Origin: Bacilli bacterium
GTDB lineage: Bacteria > Bacillota_I > Bacilli_A > ML615J-28 > CAG-313
Length of the DNA stretch: 64,000 nt
Reading direction: 5' to 3'
Assembly (NCBI GenBank): GCA_900770645.1
Contig: CAAGKY010000102.1
Location: forward strand, 1,053-65,052
Shown: positions 52,560-62,814 of the stretch, piece by piece
How the letters are laid out: each line of letters opens with the position of its first letter
How positions within the stretch are numbered: the stretch's first letter is position 1
The notes under the pieces: generated by a model
Database searches by the model: none
What the model saw: the letters and a program-made list of their open reading frames with translations, nothing else
Told to the model about the DNA's origin: nothing
Translations under genes and position numbers: made by a program

Positions 52560-53228
52560 ATGTCATTAATCGTAGCAATTAAAGATAAAGACAGAGTTCT
52601 TTTAGGCGCTGATAAACAAGTTAGTGCAGGTGGAAAAAAAGACCATACTTCTACAAAGATTTGGGAAGTAAAGGAGTTGCCTGGAGCATTACTTGGTGGA
52701 GTTGGTTCTGCTAGAGCTTCTCAGATTATTCAGTACTCACAAATAGTTGATAAGAATGCGGCTATGAGAGGAATTGATACAGAATTTGTCGTGTGTTCTC
52801 TTGTTCCGACCATTGCGACAACTTTAAAAGCTGGAGGAATTGTTGTTGAACCACATAAAGATGGAGAATTCACGATGATGCCAAATGCTTTTGTATTTGC
52901 ATACAAATCTCAAGCTTGGGTTATTTGGAATGACTTAAGTGTTATTGAAATATCAGACTATTTTGCTATCGGTAGCGGTTCAGATGTAGCTAATGGTGCA
53001 TTATTCGCAACAAGAGATAAAAATCCTTTTGAGAGAATTGTTACTTGCATTTATGCAGCTGCAGACTCTACATTATTTGTAGATAATGGAATTGACTTAT
53101 TAGCTACTGAGCAAAGATCGAAAGATTTGAAACTTGCTAGTAAAGCTCTTGGAATCGATCTTCAAACAAATGCCAAAAAAGAAAATCGCACAAATAGTAC
53201 AGAAGAAACTACTGAAAATTTAGATTAA
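52560..53228 (+). CDS. HslV/proteasome-beta-like Ntn-hydrolase peptidase
   Basis: MSLIVAIKDKDRVLLGADKQVSAGG...AIGSGSDVANGALFA is collinear with the HslV fold. No HslU partner in the window. Confidence 0.55.
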   Translation: MSLIVAIKDKDRVLLGADKQVSAGGKKDHTSTKIWEVKELPGALLGGVGSARASQIIQYSQIVDKNAAMRGIDTEFVVCSLVPTIATTLKAGGIVVEPHKDGEFTMMPNAFVFAYKSQAWVIWNDLSVIEISDYFAIGSGSDVANGALFATRDKNPFERIVTCIYAAADSTLFVDNGIDLLATEQRSKDLKLASKALGIDLQTNAKKENRTNSTEETTENLD

Positions 53229-53323
53229 TAAATTAATAATTTAATAAAAACTTCGATAAAAATATTGGCTAAATTAATTGATTACGAAAGATGATTTTAG
53301 CCATACACGGAGGTTTTTTGTTC

Positions 53324-53932
53324 ATGAATCAAATTTGAATATCGGTATTAACAACAATTTGCACTGTAATAGCTTCATTAGCAGCTACATTAATATTTAA
53401 TAAATTAACAGGGTTACCTAAAAAAATAAAAGATCAAAAGAAAGCTGAAGCAGCTAAAGAAGCCCAATTAAATGATAGACTACAAGATTTTGATGATAGA
53501 CTTGCTAAAGTTGAAGAAGCTGTTAGTCATTATCCTGAATATAGAAATCAAAGTCTTGAGATGCAAAATCAATTACAATGTGCAGATAATGCAATTGTAG
53601 AACTTTGCAGAGAAATCAAAAATGACGTAGTAGCTAATGGTGAAATGATGAATGCTAGATTGTCTTCTCTAGAACGTCGTGAAAAGAATTCTTTACGTGC
53701 AAAAATTTTGGCTGAATATAGATTATATACAGATGAAATTAAAAATCCAATGCAAGCTTGGTCTGAAATGGAGCATCATTCATTCTTTAAATTAGTAGAA
53801 GATTATGAGTCTTTAGGTGGAAATGATTATGTTCATGGAACAATTTTGCCTGTAATGAATGAATTAGATATAATTCCAATGGATGATTTAAAAGCTTTAA
53901 AAAACTTATATACTAGCAGAAATGTTAAATAA
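53324..53932 (+). CDS. N-terminally membrane-anchored protein, possibly a lysis or spanin-type accessory protein
   Basis: GGAGG RBS. TGA at codon 5. One TM segment then a coiled-coil region. Continuous with the track ORF 53561... Confidence 0.45.
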
Positions 53933-53981
53933 TAAAAAGATTGAGTAGAGGGAAATTTATAGCTTAATATAGGAGTTTGAT

Positions 53982-54329
53982 ATGGTTGGTTGAATTGAAA
54001 CTACAAATGGAATAATCACATTAATAACTAGTTTACTAGGATTAGCTGGTACAGCTGTTGGAGCATATTTTGCAATAAAAAACTGGATTTCAGTATTAAA
54101 AAATAAAAACAAGCAAGAAATTTGGGTAATGATCATGCAATTAGCTGATGCAGCAATGAAAGAAGCTGAAGCATCAATGAAAGATGGAGAAACAAAAAAA
54201 CAAATGGTTGTCGATTCAGTAAAAGCTGGATGCAAAGCTGCCGGAGTTGATTTAGATTTGTTTATAGATCAATTGAGTGATTATATAGACGAGACTATTT
54301 CATTTGTAAACAGTATGCAAAATAAATAA
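53982..54329 (+). CDS. putative holin-like small membrane protein
   Basis: AGGAG RBS. TGA at codon 4. One TM segment (IITLITSLLGLAGTAVGAYFAI) followed by a charged amphipathic tail. Confidence 0.4.
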
Positions 54330-54338
54330 TAATAAAAA

Positions 54339-54367
54339 AGTTTATCTATTAAGATAAACTTTTTTTT
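54339..54367 (+). terminator. rho-independent terminator
   Basis: Stem AAGTTTATCT/AGATAAACTT followed by T8. Confidence 0.6.
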
Positions 54368-54368
54368 A

Positions 54369-54382
54369 TTGTATAATATTAT
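54369..54382 (+). promoter_or_regulatory. extended -10 promoter TTGTATAATATTAT
   Basis: Consensus copy. Confidence 0.5.
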
Positions 54383-54412
54383 ATATTAATGATATTTTGT
54401 TGGAGGACTAAG

Positions 54413-55228
54413 ATGAATCGAGAAGAACTAATTATGTCGAAAGTGACTGATCACTATAATACTGCAGTTTCACTAGGTTTTGAAGTAGTTGGTGTATTTT
54501 TGCAAGGATCTCAAAACTACGAATTAGACGAATATTCTGATGAGTATACAAGCGATGTTGATACAAAATGTTTTATTCTACCAACATTAGATGATATTGC
54601 TTCTGGAAGAGCTCCATATTCATCTACATATATTCGAGAAAATAGTGAGCATATTGACATTAAAGATATCAGGGTATTTTTTAATATGCTAGAAAAACAA
54701 AATACAGCTTATATTGAAACTTTATTTACTAATTTTTATATTATTAATCCAAAATATGAGGATTTAGTAAATGAATTATTAAGTAGAAATGAAAAAATTG
54801 CACGTATCAACGAAAATCAAGCTTTAAGATGTTTAGCTGGTATGAGTATGGAAAAATATAAAGCTTTAGAGCATCCATATCCAACAACTTTGGATAAAAT
54901 TGAAAAATATGGATATGATCCAAAGCAATTACATCATATTTTAAGAATTAATGATCTAATGAAAAAATATATTGCAGGAGTGTCTTATAAAGAATGTTTA
55001 TTACCAAATCATGCAAGTTATTTAATGCAAGTTAAAAAAGGATTGCACCCTTTATTTGAAGCTAGACGTGTAGCAGAAGAAACTGATTTAGCAAATAAAA
55101 AACTTAAAGAAGAAAATTCAACGCCTACAGACGTAGTTAACGCTGGAACATTATGTTTTCTTAATGAGCTAGAACGTAAATTTATTAAACGTTTCTTAAA
55201 AGAGGAGGTATTAAAAGATGAAGAATAA
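54413..55228 (+). CDS. nucleotidyltransferase-fold protein (Pol-beta superfamily)
   Basis: GGAGGACTAAG RBS before ATG at 54413. GSQNYELDEYSD...SDVD resembles the hG[GS]...D.D motif. Confidence 0.45.
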   Translation: MNREELIMSKVTDHYNTAVSLGFEVVGVFLQGSQNYELDEYSDEYTSDVDTKCFILPTLDDIASGRAPYSSTYIRENSEHIDIKDIRVFFNMLEKQNTAYIETLFTNFYIINPKYEDLVNELLSRNEKIARINENQALRCLAGMSMEKYKALEHPYPTTLDKIEKYGYDPKQLHHILRINDLMKKYIAGVSYKECLLPNHASYLMQVKKGLHPLFEARRVAEETDLANKKLKEENSTPTDVVNAGTLCFLNELERKFIKRFLKEEVLKDEE

Positions 55229-56087
55229 AAAATATTTTGTCGTAAGTGATATTCATTCTTTTTTTACCGCGTTAATTACAAATTTAACAAAAGCAGGCTT
55301 TGATAAAAATAATAAAGATCATATCTTAATTGTTTGTGGAGATATTTTTGATAGAGGTTTTGAAACATTAGAAGTATATAAATTTTTAAAAAGCTTACCT
55401 AAATCTCGTTGTATTCTAATTAAAGGTAATCATGAAGATTTATATTTTGATTTATTAAAGAAGGATTGTCCAAATTCATATGATTACAGTAATGGTACGG
55501 TTAGAACATTTGCAGCTATTGCAAAAGTTCACGAAAATAGCGTTAGTCCTTATTATCTAGCTATGCTTGGAGAAGACTTTAAAGAAAATTGGATAAAAGT
55601 AAGAGAAAAAGTTAAAAAATCTGCTATTACTAAATGGTTAATGTCTAATAGATGGATTAATTATTATGAATTAAAAAATAATATCTTTGTCCATAGTTTT
55701 ATTCCAGTTAAATTAAAAGATGCTTTTGCAGAAATTACTTCTCATAAGTTACCAGTAGAGTATTTTGAATATAATTCTGAATGGCGTAAAGCAGATAATG
55801 AATCTTGGCTAGAAGCTATGTGGGGATGTCCATATAAAAAATTTAGAGCTGGGTTAGCTAAAGGTGAAGTTGAAGATGGAAAACGAATTGTATGTGGTCA
55901 CTGGCATACAAGTGATTTTCATGAAAGTTTTGGAACAAGTGGAAAAACTGATGATTATGATATTTATTTTAGTGAAAATTTAGTTGCTATAGACGCTTGT
56001 ACTGCATTAACCGAAAAAGTTAATGTATTAGTAATATCAAATGAAGGTTATTTTGATCAATATGGAAACAAATTAGGAGATTTATAG
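55218..56087 (+). CDS. calcineurin-like metallophosphoesterase (lambda-type Ser/Thr protein phosphatase family)
   Basis: VVSDIHS...CGDIFDRG...KGNHED motifs (DxH, GDxxDRG, GNHE). Confidence 0.75.
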   Translation: MKNKKYFVVSDIHSFFTALITNLTKAGFDKNNKDHILIVCGDIFDRGFETLEVYKFLKSLPKSRCILIKGNHEDLYFDLLKKDCPNSYDYSNGTVRTFAAIAKVHENSVSPYYLAMLGEDFKENWIKVREKVKKSAITKWLMSNRWINYYELKNNIFVHSFIPVKLKDAFAEITSHKLPVEYFEYNSEWRKADNESWLEAMWGCPYKKFRAGLAKGEVEDGKRIVCGHWHTSDFHESFGTSGKTDDYDIYFSENLVAIDACTALTEKVNVLVISNEGYFDQYGNKLGDL

Positions 56088-56088
56088 T

Positions 56089-56718
56089 ATGGGAATGAAC
56101 TTCTATTTATTAAGAAAAATTAATTTTATAAATAATGAACAAACACCAGCTAGTTTAGGTTGTGGTTATGATGATGAAAGCTTCGTCACAGAGCTTGAAA
56201 ATGGTTTAGTTTGGGGAAATACTTATTATCCTTCCACAGAAGAGCTTAATAAGGTTTTCTATCAAAGAATTCATATTGGAAAATCTTCTATGGGCTGGCA
56301 TTTTGGCTTATGTATTTACCCAGATCAAAATATTAATTCATTAGACGATTGGATTAAGCTTTTTAGAGCACATGGAAATACTATAGTAGATGAAGAGGAT
56401 AGAGAACTAAAAACTTCCGAGATGCTAGATAGACTAGAAGATCGCAAGCAGCTAGAATTTGAAAAATATGAATCAGAGCAAGACTATGAAAAAGCTGTTG
56501 TTGAAAATTATAATAATATAAATAAAACAATTAATATATTTAAATATAAGATTTACAATAGCTATGACGAAATATTGATGGACAATCATGCTTGCCGTGG
56601 CCTAAATGGCTTATGGCGTAGACAAAAAGATCAATATACTAGTTATCCAATTCCAGATGGAACCTATGATTTAATTATTTCTGGAAATGATGTAGAAAAA
56701 TGTTGCATATTTAGCTAG
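56089..56718 (+). CDS. hypothetical protein
   Basis: ORF overlapping the upstream stop (TATGGGAATG). Confidence 0.5.
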   Translation: MGMNFYLLRKINFINNEQTPASLGCGYDDESFVTELENGLVWGNTYYPSTEELNKVFYQRIHIGKSSMGWHFGLCIYPDQNINSLDDWIKLFRAHGNTIVDEEDRELKTSEMLDRLEDRKQLEFEKYESEQDYEKAVVENYNNINKTINIFKYKIYNSYDEILMDNHACRGLNGLWRRQKDQYTSYPIPDGTYDLIISGNDVEKCCIFS

Positions 56719-56746
56719 AGAGAAATTAATCTCTCTAGCTTTTTTG
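56715..56746 (+). terminator. rho-independent terminator
   Basis: Stem CTAGAGAGA-AATTAAT-CTCTCTAG followed by a T-run. Confidence 0.55.
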
Positions 56747-56823
56747 CATTTATGCTTATAATTTATATACTTAACTAATAAAAGTTCAACAGAGGTTCAA
56801 TTTTGAGCTCCAAATTGCAAAAT

Positions 56824-56852
56824 AAAAAGCATAGTCAATAGACTATGCTTTT
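56824..56852. terminator. bidirectional terminator hairpin at the convergence point of + and - gene blocks
   Basis: Stem AAAAGCATAGTC-AATA-GACTATGCTTTTT with A-runs and T-runs on both sides. Confidence 0.5.
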
Positions 56853-56854
56853 TA

Positions 56855-58939
56855 TTATTTACTATTTACTGTACATACACAATTTTTAAGAGGTTTTACT
56901 CCAACGACACCACCAGCTCCACGGCCTTTATCTACTAAGTCTTTTATTTTTATTTCTTTATCTTTTTTTCCGTTATTTAGAATTATAGTATCTTCATCTG
57001 TAGCTAACTTGCATTCAATAATTTCATCGTCTTCTAAAACTTTCATAACTGGTGCACCAACAACTTTACTTAGTTTAACTACTAAATCAGTTTTAATCTT
57101 TTTAATTAGTCCATTTTTAGTAACAAAAATTAAGAAAGGTATCTGTTCATCTTCAGTATATATTCCAACAATTTTTTCATTAAATAATTCATATAAATTC
57201 ATTCCAGTAGAATTAATATTGCACAAATCGATTTTATTTACACTTAATTTGTACATAGTTCCAGTATTTGAAATTAATACAAATCTATCTTTTAAACTTA
57301 GTTCAACTGTATGAGTAATAGTATCTTCTTCAGTTAGTAGTTTTTGTTTCTTATTTGCATCATTCAAAGTCATACGTTTAATTGTATTTCCTTTAGTTAA
57401 AGCGATAACAAAGTTTTCTACTTTTTTCTCTTCATGTTTTTTAAGCATTGTTTTTTCTACATCTAAATCTATATCGATCACTTCAGTTCGTCTTGTCCAA
57501 CCATATTTATCTACAAAATTAGATAATCTATTTAGAAATTCTTTCTTTTGAAGATTTTTTGAGGCTAAAAATTTATTACATTTATTAATTACTTTATTTA
57601 GTTCAACTTGTTCTTTATTTAATTCAGTAATCTCTAAATTAGCTAATTTTCCTAATCTCATATCAACGATAGCTTTTGCTTGATTTGCAGTAAATGAATA
57701 TAAGTTGATTAGATTTGTTCTTGCTTCGTCAGAACTCTTAGAAGCTTTAATTGTCTTAATAATCTCATCAATAATAGAAATAGCTCTAATTAGTCCATCA
57801 ACTATCTCTAATCTTTTCTCAGCTTTATCTAGTTCGAATCTATATTCTTTAATTAAACAGTTAATATTATGTTCTACATAAACTTTAATATATTCTTTTA
57901 AGTTTAGTAAAGTTGGAATTCCATCTACTAATGCCATTTGATTAGCATTAAAAGTTGATTGTAATTCTGTTAATTTATATAACTTAGTTAATACAATATT
58001 TGGATCATCTGAACACTCAATTTCAATATTTAAACCATTATCGTCTGATTTGTTACAAATATCTTCAATACCAGTTAAAGTATTTGCGTTAACTAAATCT
58101 TTAATTTTTTGAATAAATGGTTCAGCATAAGTTTGATAAGGTAATTCGGTAATATTAATATTTTTCTTATTAATTTTCGTTTTACCACGTAATACTACAG
58201 CACCTTTTCCAGTTTCATAAATCTTTTTAATTTCAGATTTATTAATAATAATACCACCAGTTGGAAAATCTGGATAAATATTATCATATGTAATATTATT
58301 TGTGTCGACATATTCTTTAACTTTTTCGAAGAGTTCATTTAAATTTCCAGGTTCCCATTCTTGAGCTATTGTATAACCAATACCTTGTGAACCATTTACA
58401 AATAATCTTGGAAAAATCGCTGGAAATATTTTTGGCCAATACTCGTCTTCTGAAAAGTTTAAAATCATTTCAGAAGTATTTTTCTTAATATTTTCAAAGA
58501 AGCCATCTTCAACTGATTTAGCTAATCTACATTCTGTGTATCTTGAACTTGCAGCGTCTGGCCCACCTAATAGAGAACCATTGGCTCCATGAAAATCTAT
58601 TTCACAAATGTTATTTACCCACGGTTGAGACATACGAACAAGAGCTTCATATACTGAACCATCACCGTGTGGATGCCAAGTAGCAATAGTTCCACCAGTT
58701 ACTTTTGCTGATTTAACATGTGGTTTATTAGAAGAATAGTTTTTAACAAACATTTCCCATAATGTAGCTCGTTGAACTGGTTTTAGTCCATCTGCTGCAC
58801 TTGGAAAAGCACGATTGTTATTAACTTCTGTAGCATAAACTAAAAAGTCATTACTTAACTCTTCTTCAATACTAATTTCATTATTGTTTTGATTATCGTT
58901 TAAAATATCGTCAAATAATCCGTTTACTTTATCTTTCAT
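56855..58939 (-). CDS. DNA topoisomerase II medium subunit (GyrA-like; T4 gp52-like)
   Basis: ADGLKPVQRATLW and catalytic-Tyr region SSRYTECRLA. 694 aa. No TGA. Confidence 0.85.
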   Translation of the reverse strand: MKDKVNGLFDDILNDNQNNNEISIEEELSNDFLVYATEVNNNRAFPSAADGLKPVQRATLWEMFVKNYSSNKPHVKSAKVTGGTIATWHPHGDGSVYEALVRMSQPWVNNICEIDFHGANGSLLGGPDAASSRYTECRLAKSVEDGFFENIKKNTSEMILNFSEDEYWPKIFPAIFPRLFVNGSQGIGYTIAQEWEPGNLNELFEKVKEYVDTNNITYDNIYPDFPTGGIIINKSEIKKIYETGKGAVVLRGKTKINKKNINITELPYQTYAEPFIQKIKDLVNANTLTGIEDICNKSDDNGLNIEIECSDDPNIVLTKLYKLTELQSTFNANQMALVDGIPTLLNLKEYIKVYVEHNINCLIKEYRFELDKAEKRLEIVDGLIRAISIIDEIIKTIKASKSSDEARTNLINLYSFTANQAKAIVDMRLGKLANLEITELNKEQVELNKVINKCNKFLASKNLQKKEFLNRLSNFVDKYGWTRRTEVIDIDLDVEKTMLKKHEEKKVENFVIALTKGNTIKRMTLNDANKKQKLLTEEDTITHTVELSLKDRFVLISNTGTMYKLSVNKIDLCNINSTGMNLYELFNEKIVGIYTEDEQIPFLIFVTKNGLIKKIKTDLVVKLSKVVGAPVMKVLEDDEIIECKLATDEDTIILNNGKKDKEIKIKDLVDKGRGAGGVVGVKPLKNCVCTVNSK

Positions 58940-58952
58940 GCTTTTCCTCCAA

Positions 58953-60839
58953 TTAATTTATTAATGTTGAATCATAGTTATCTAATAAAAAAGTTCTTCT
59001 ACTCTCAACATTATTTCCAAAGAAACACTCTAATAGTTCGTCAGCTTTATTTTCATCAATAACTTTAATCGTCTTAACGTTTCTAGTTGCTGGGTCTAAT
59101 AAACAATATTTTAATTCTGTAGGATCTTGTTCACCTAACCCTTTGTTTCTTGAGATTAAATAGTCATTTTTTGGATGTTGTTTTTTGTATTTTTCTAATT
59201 CTGCTTTATCTTTTAAATAAATATATTTATTATCTTTAGTTGTAATTCTGAATAGTGGTGGAATAGCAACTGCAATATGTCCGTTGCTTAATAATTCTGG
59301 ACATAACCACCAAAACATATTAATTAATAATGATCGAATATTTGCACCATCTTCATCTCCATCGGCTGCAAGTATAATTTGATTATATCTTAATTTTTTA
59401 ATATCGTAAATTAGTTTACCAGTTTCTTTATTAATTTCTAAACCAATAGCTTTTACAATATTAGAGATTTCTTGATTTGCATAAACTTTATCTGTTGTTG
59501 CTTTTCTACAAGATAAAACTTTACCACGAATTGGGAAAATTGCTTGTGTTTTACCATCTCTTTTTGCAACTAAACCGTTTGCAGCAGAATCACCTTCTGT
59601 AATAAATAGTGAACATTCTAATCTATTTTTTGAATACGCATCAATCAACTTAGTTGGAAGATTAATGAACTTCTTTCCTTTTGTTGTTGCATTTCTAATT
59701 TTTTCTTTTGCTTTTTGAGAAGCTTCTCGAACTTTTCTAGCAACTAATGCTTTATCAATAATAATTTTTGCATCTTTTTGATTATTATTTAACCAAGATG
59801 CAAAGTCATTATTTAAAACATTATTAATTAAAACTTTATTTAAATCAACAACTTTTGTTTTTGTTTGTGAGTCGTATTTAACATTTGTTGTTTTAATGTT
59901 AAATACTAGGAATAATCCTTCAGAAATTTCTGCTTGAGTTAAAGCAGCATCATTTTTCTTTAATAAATTATTGTCTACAGCAAATTTGTTTAACTGTCTA
60001 GTTAATGCAGCTTTAACGGTTCCAATATGTACACCAGACTCAGTTAAACCATAATTTACATAAGCTGTAATATTTTCAGAATAATCTGAAGTATAAGTAA
60101 TAGCTACATCAAATAAATCATTATTAAATTCTTTTCTTAAACTAAATCTATTAGAAAGAATTTCTTTATCTCCAATTTTTTTATTCAATAAATCTTGAAT
60201 TCCATTTTTAGATTGGAATACATAAGTATTTGTTTTTTCTTTTTTAATTACTGTTAAGTTAATTGTTAGTTGTGGACATAGAGCTGAAATATCTTCAAAT
60301 AATTTCTTAATGTCTGTTTCATTAACTTCTACATTTTGAAAAAATTGCTCATCTGGTGACCAAGTTACAGTTGTTCCAGACTTATTATCTATATCTTTAT
60401 TAACTTCTCTTTTTACAAATACTCCATCTTCAAACCATATTTTTTCATATTTTTTACCGTTTGAAGAATAAACAATTAAGTAATGCGATAAATAGTTAGT
60501 TAGTTTTGAACCTATACCATTTAACCCAAGAGACGCTCCAGAATAAACTCCATCATCATCATATTTTCCAGATGTATTAAATCTATCAAAGGCTGCTTGA
60601 AGAATTGTTTCTCCGTCTTTTTCTATATTAATAGGAAAACCTTGACCATTGTCTTCGACAATATATTCGTTTTTGTCATAATTTAAAACAATATTAATAG
60701 CATCTCCATGACCGATAATGTGCTCATCTAAAGAATTACTAAAAATTTCTCTTACTAACTGCGTTGAGTATTCATTACTGCCTAAATACGTAGCTGGGCA
60801 GTTATCGCAAACGGGTAAATTCTCTTGGGTTAAGAGAAA
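58953..60839 (-). CDS. DNA topoisomerase II large subunit (GyrB-like; T4 gp39/gp60-like): GHKL ATPase, transducer and TOPRIM domains; start anomalous
   Basis: Hand translation of 60189-60839 continues the track ORF upstream. N-box EIFSNSLDE. G1 box IVEDNGQGFP. G2 TSGKYDDDGVYSGASLGLNGIGSKL. TOPRIM ITEGDSA. In-frame TAA at 60840-60842; only ATG is 60849-60851 (M-R-V-stop). Confidence 0.8.
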   Translation of the reverse strand, partial: FLLTQENLPVCDNCPATYLGSNEYSTQLVREIFSNSLDEHIIGHGDAINIVLNYDKNEYIVEDNGQGFPINIEKDGETILQAAFDRFNTSGKYDDDGVYSGASLGLNGIGSKLTNYLSHYLIVYSSNGKKYEKIWFEDGVFVKREVNKDIDNKSGTTVTWSPDEQFFQNVEVNETDIKKLFEDISALCPQLTINLTVIKKEKTNTYVFQSKNGIQDLLNKKIGDKEILSNRFSLRKEFNNDLFDVAITYTSDYSENITAYVNYGLTESGVHIGTVKAALTRQLNKFAVDNNLLKKNDAALTQAEISEGLFLVFNIKTTNVKYDSQTKTKVVDLNKVLINNVLNNDFASWLNNNQKDAKIIIDKALVARKVREASQKAKEKIRNATTKGKKFINLPTKLIDAYSKNRLECSLFITEGDSAANGLVAKRDGKTQAIFPIRGKVLSCRKATTDKVYANQEISNIVKAIGLEINKETGKLIYDIKKLRYNQIILAADGDEDGANIRSLLINMFWWLCPELLSNGHIAVAIPPLFRITTKDNKYIYLKDKAELEKYKKQHPKNDYLISRNKGLGEQDPTELKYCLLDPATRNVKTIKVIDENKADELLECFFGNNVESRRTFLLDNYDSTLIN

Positions 60840-60865
60840 TTATACTCTCATTAGTGTATAAATTT

Positions 60866-61492
60866 TTATCCGTTTTTTGCATCAGCATCACCTTCTTTCT
60901 TTATTTTAAAATTAATATACCAATCTTTTTGATTGTATTTGTTTTTACAGTAATCTATATATTTATTATACTCATTACTTGTAATAAATATCACATTATT
61001 TTGCAATCCACATTGATGCTTAGCTTCATATAAACCATCTTGGGAATGATCATATGGATTGCACATTGTACCATCCTTTTTAAAAAAATGGTTGCCCTTA
61101 ACTTCTAATAAGCTATCATTACTTACAAAATCTGGATAATATCTGTGCAGTTTGTCTTTATAAATAAACTCAAAATATAAATCAGTATTGCGAGAAATTG
61201 CTATGCCATTATCTATGAAGTATATAAATAAAGCTAATTCTGGAATTGTATCAAAGCTTGTGCTATTATACACATATTTTTTCTTTAATCGTTTAAAAAA
61301 TTCAGGACTTTGTGCGTAGTTGCGCACACCATATCTTTTTAATGTCGTTTCTTCTTGGCGTGTTTTTATTAATTTATTAAGGTCTTCTTTTGACTTAAGA
61401 TTATTGTTTCTAAGAGCTGTAGCAATAACTTTTTCAGAGAGCTCTTTACTCGCAAATCCGACACCGCCGTATTTTTCTTTTTGTAACCTCAT
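60866..61492 (-). CDS. endonuclease-like protein with tandem (K/R)YGG(V/I)G(F/N)ASK repeats and YYPDF...EVKG (PD-(D/E)xK-like) motif
   Basis: Track ORF. Same frame stays open upstream to 61921 with two more repeat units (RYGGIGNASKIIGDK; KYGSKTYFQTDEF) but no ATG, GTG or TTG start. Confidence 0.45.
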   Translation of the reverse strand: MRLQKEKYGGVGFASKELSEKVIATALRNNNLKSKEDLNKLIKTRQEETTLKRYGVRNYAQSPEFFKRLKKKYVYNSTSFDTIPELALFIYFIDNGIAISRNTDLYFEFIYKDKLHRYYPDFVSNDSLLEVKGNHFFKKDGTMCNPYDHSQDGLYEAKHQCGLQNNVIFITSNEYNKYIDYCKNKYNQKDWYINFKIKKEGDADAKNG

Positions 61493-62416
61493 ATTATTTT
61501 CAACAAATTCTTTTAATTGAAATACATAATCGACATTATAACGAGCTCTTGTTGTTTTTCTAATTTTATCACCAATAATCTTACTAGCATTACCTATGCC
61601 GCCGTATCTGTCATTTTGTATAGTTTTATTATACTGTATAAATTCATCAGTTTGAAAATATGTTTTAGAGCCATATTTTTCTAAATTAGTGTTTGCTACT
61701 TTTTCTCTAACTATTTCTAATTTATTTACATTTGTAACACCGTATAGTTCTAAACAAGTATCTTTTCTTTTTTTATTTGCAAATTGTACGTCTTCTGCTC
61801 GAGAATGAATACTTATATTGTTTTCCTGCAGAAATCTTATAAGCTTTTCTTTTCTACATTCAAAATGTTCTGCAGTGTCCTGAGTGCTATGATTTGTATA
61901 ATAGTCTAATACTTCATTTAGATTAAAAATTAATTTGTAATTAATTTTACATTGGCCAGGTACTCAGCCACTTGGCTGAGTATTCTCTTCAAAATATTTA
62001 CAGTCAATACCATTATTATAAATTTTTTTCACATTAATACCTACCTTAATATTGTTTATAAATAATTTAGCATATTATTTTAAATTACGTATAATTTCTG
62101 GGCACAGTCTCGTAAAATTACATCGATATTTTACGCAATATATAATATTATACAATAAAAATTACTCATATATACGCGCGTGCGCATTTAATTATATAAA
62201 AATATAAACTAGATATTAATAATATACAAAAAATATTTTTTTAAATTGATGATTATAAAAAAATAAAAAATAAAACTGTATAATATTTTGTGAGGTATTT
62301 ATGTATGGAAGATAGTAAAATTAAAGAACAAGACTTAGATTATGAAGGTTGGAGAAAATATATTGAGCAACTATATGCATTCTATCGACAAATAGATGAA
62401 GATAGCGAGAAGGAGA

Positions 62417-62737
62417 AAGAGAAAAATGATAACTAAAGAAGCTTTTTTGTCTGCTTTTGACACTATAAAACTGCACAGAAACCTTGAATTAAATCTATGT
62501 AGTACACTAGAGTCATTGACTGATGGATGTATTTGCGATGCTTTAATTTATTCTAGATATGAAGATTTAGTTGTTAATTTATTAGAAGAAATTTTTGACA
62601 CAACACTTATTTCTTATTATCTATATGAATTAGATTTTGGTGAAAGATGGACTAGTAATTGTTCACTAGATGAAGAAGAGGCAAATGCACTAAAAGATCC
62701 TGAATCTTTATATGATTATTTAATAAAAAATAAATAA
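62417..62737 (+). CDS. hypothetical protein
   Basis: GAAGGAGAAAGAG RBS before ATG at 62417. Confidence 0.4.
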   Translation, partial: KRKMITKEAFLSAFDTIKLHRNLELNLCSTLESLTDGCICDALIYSRYEDLVVNLLEEIFDTTLISYYLYELDFGERWTSNCSLDEEEANALKDPESLYDYLIKNK

Positions 62738-62814
62738 TTTTTAAGAACTAGTTAAAATTTAGAACTAGTAAATTGTATTATATTATATAGCAAATTTTCG
62801 GAGGTTTATTAAAA

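Noticed and set aside
57009-57314. + strand ORF 57009..57314
   Set aside because: Antisense to the well-supported topoisomerase II medium-subunit gene.
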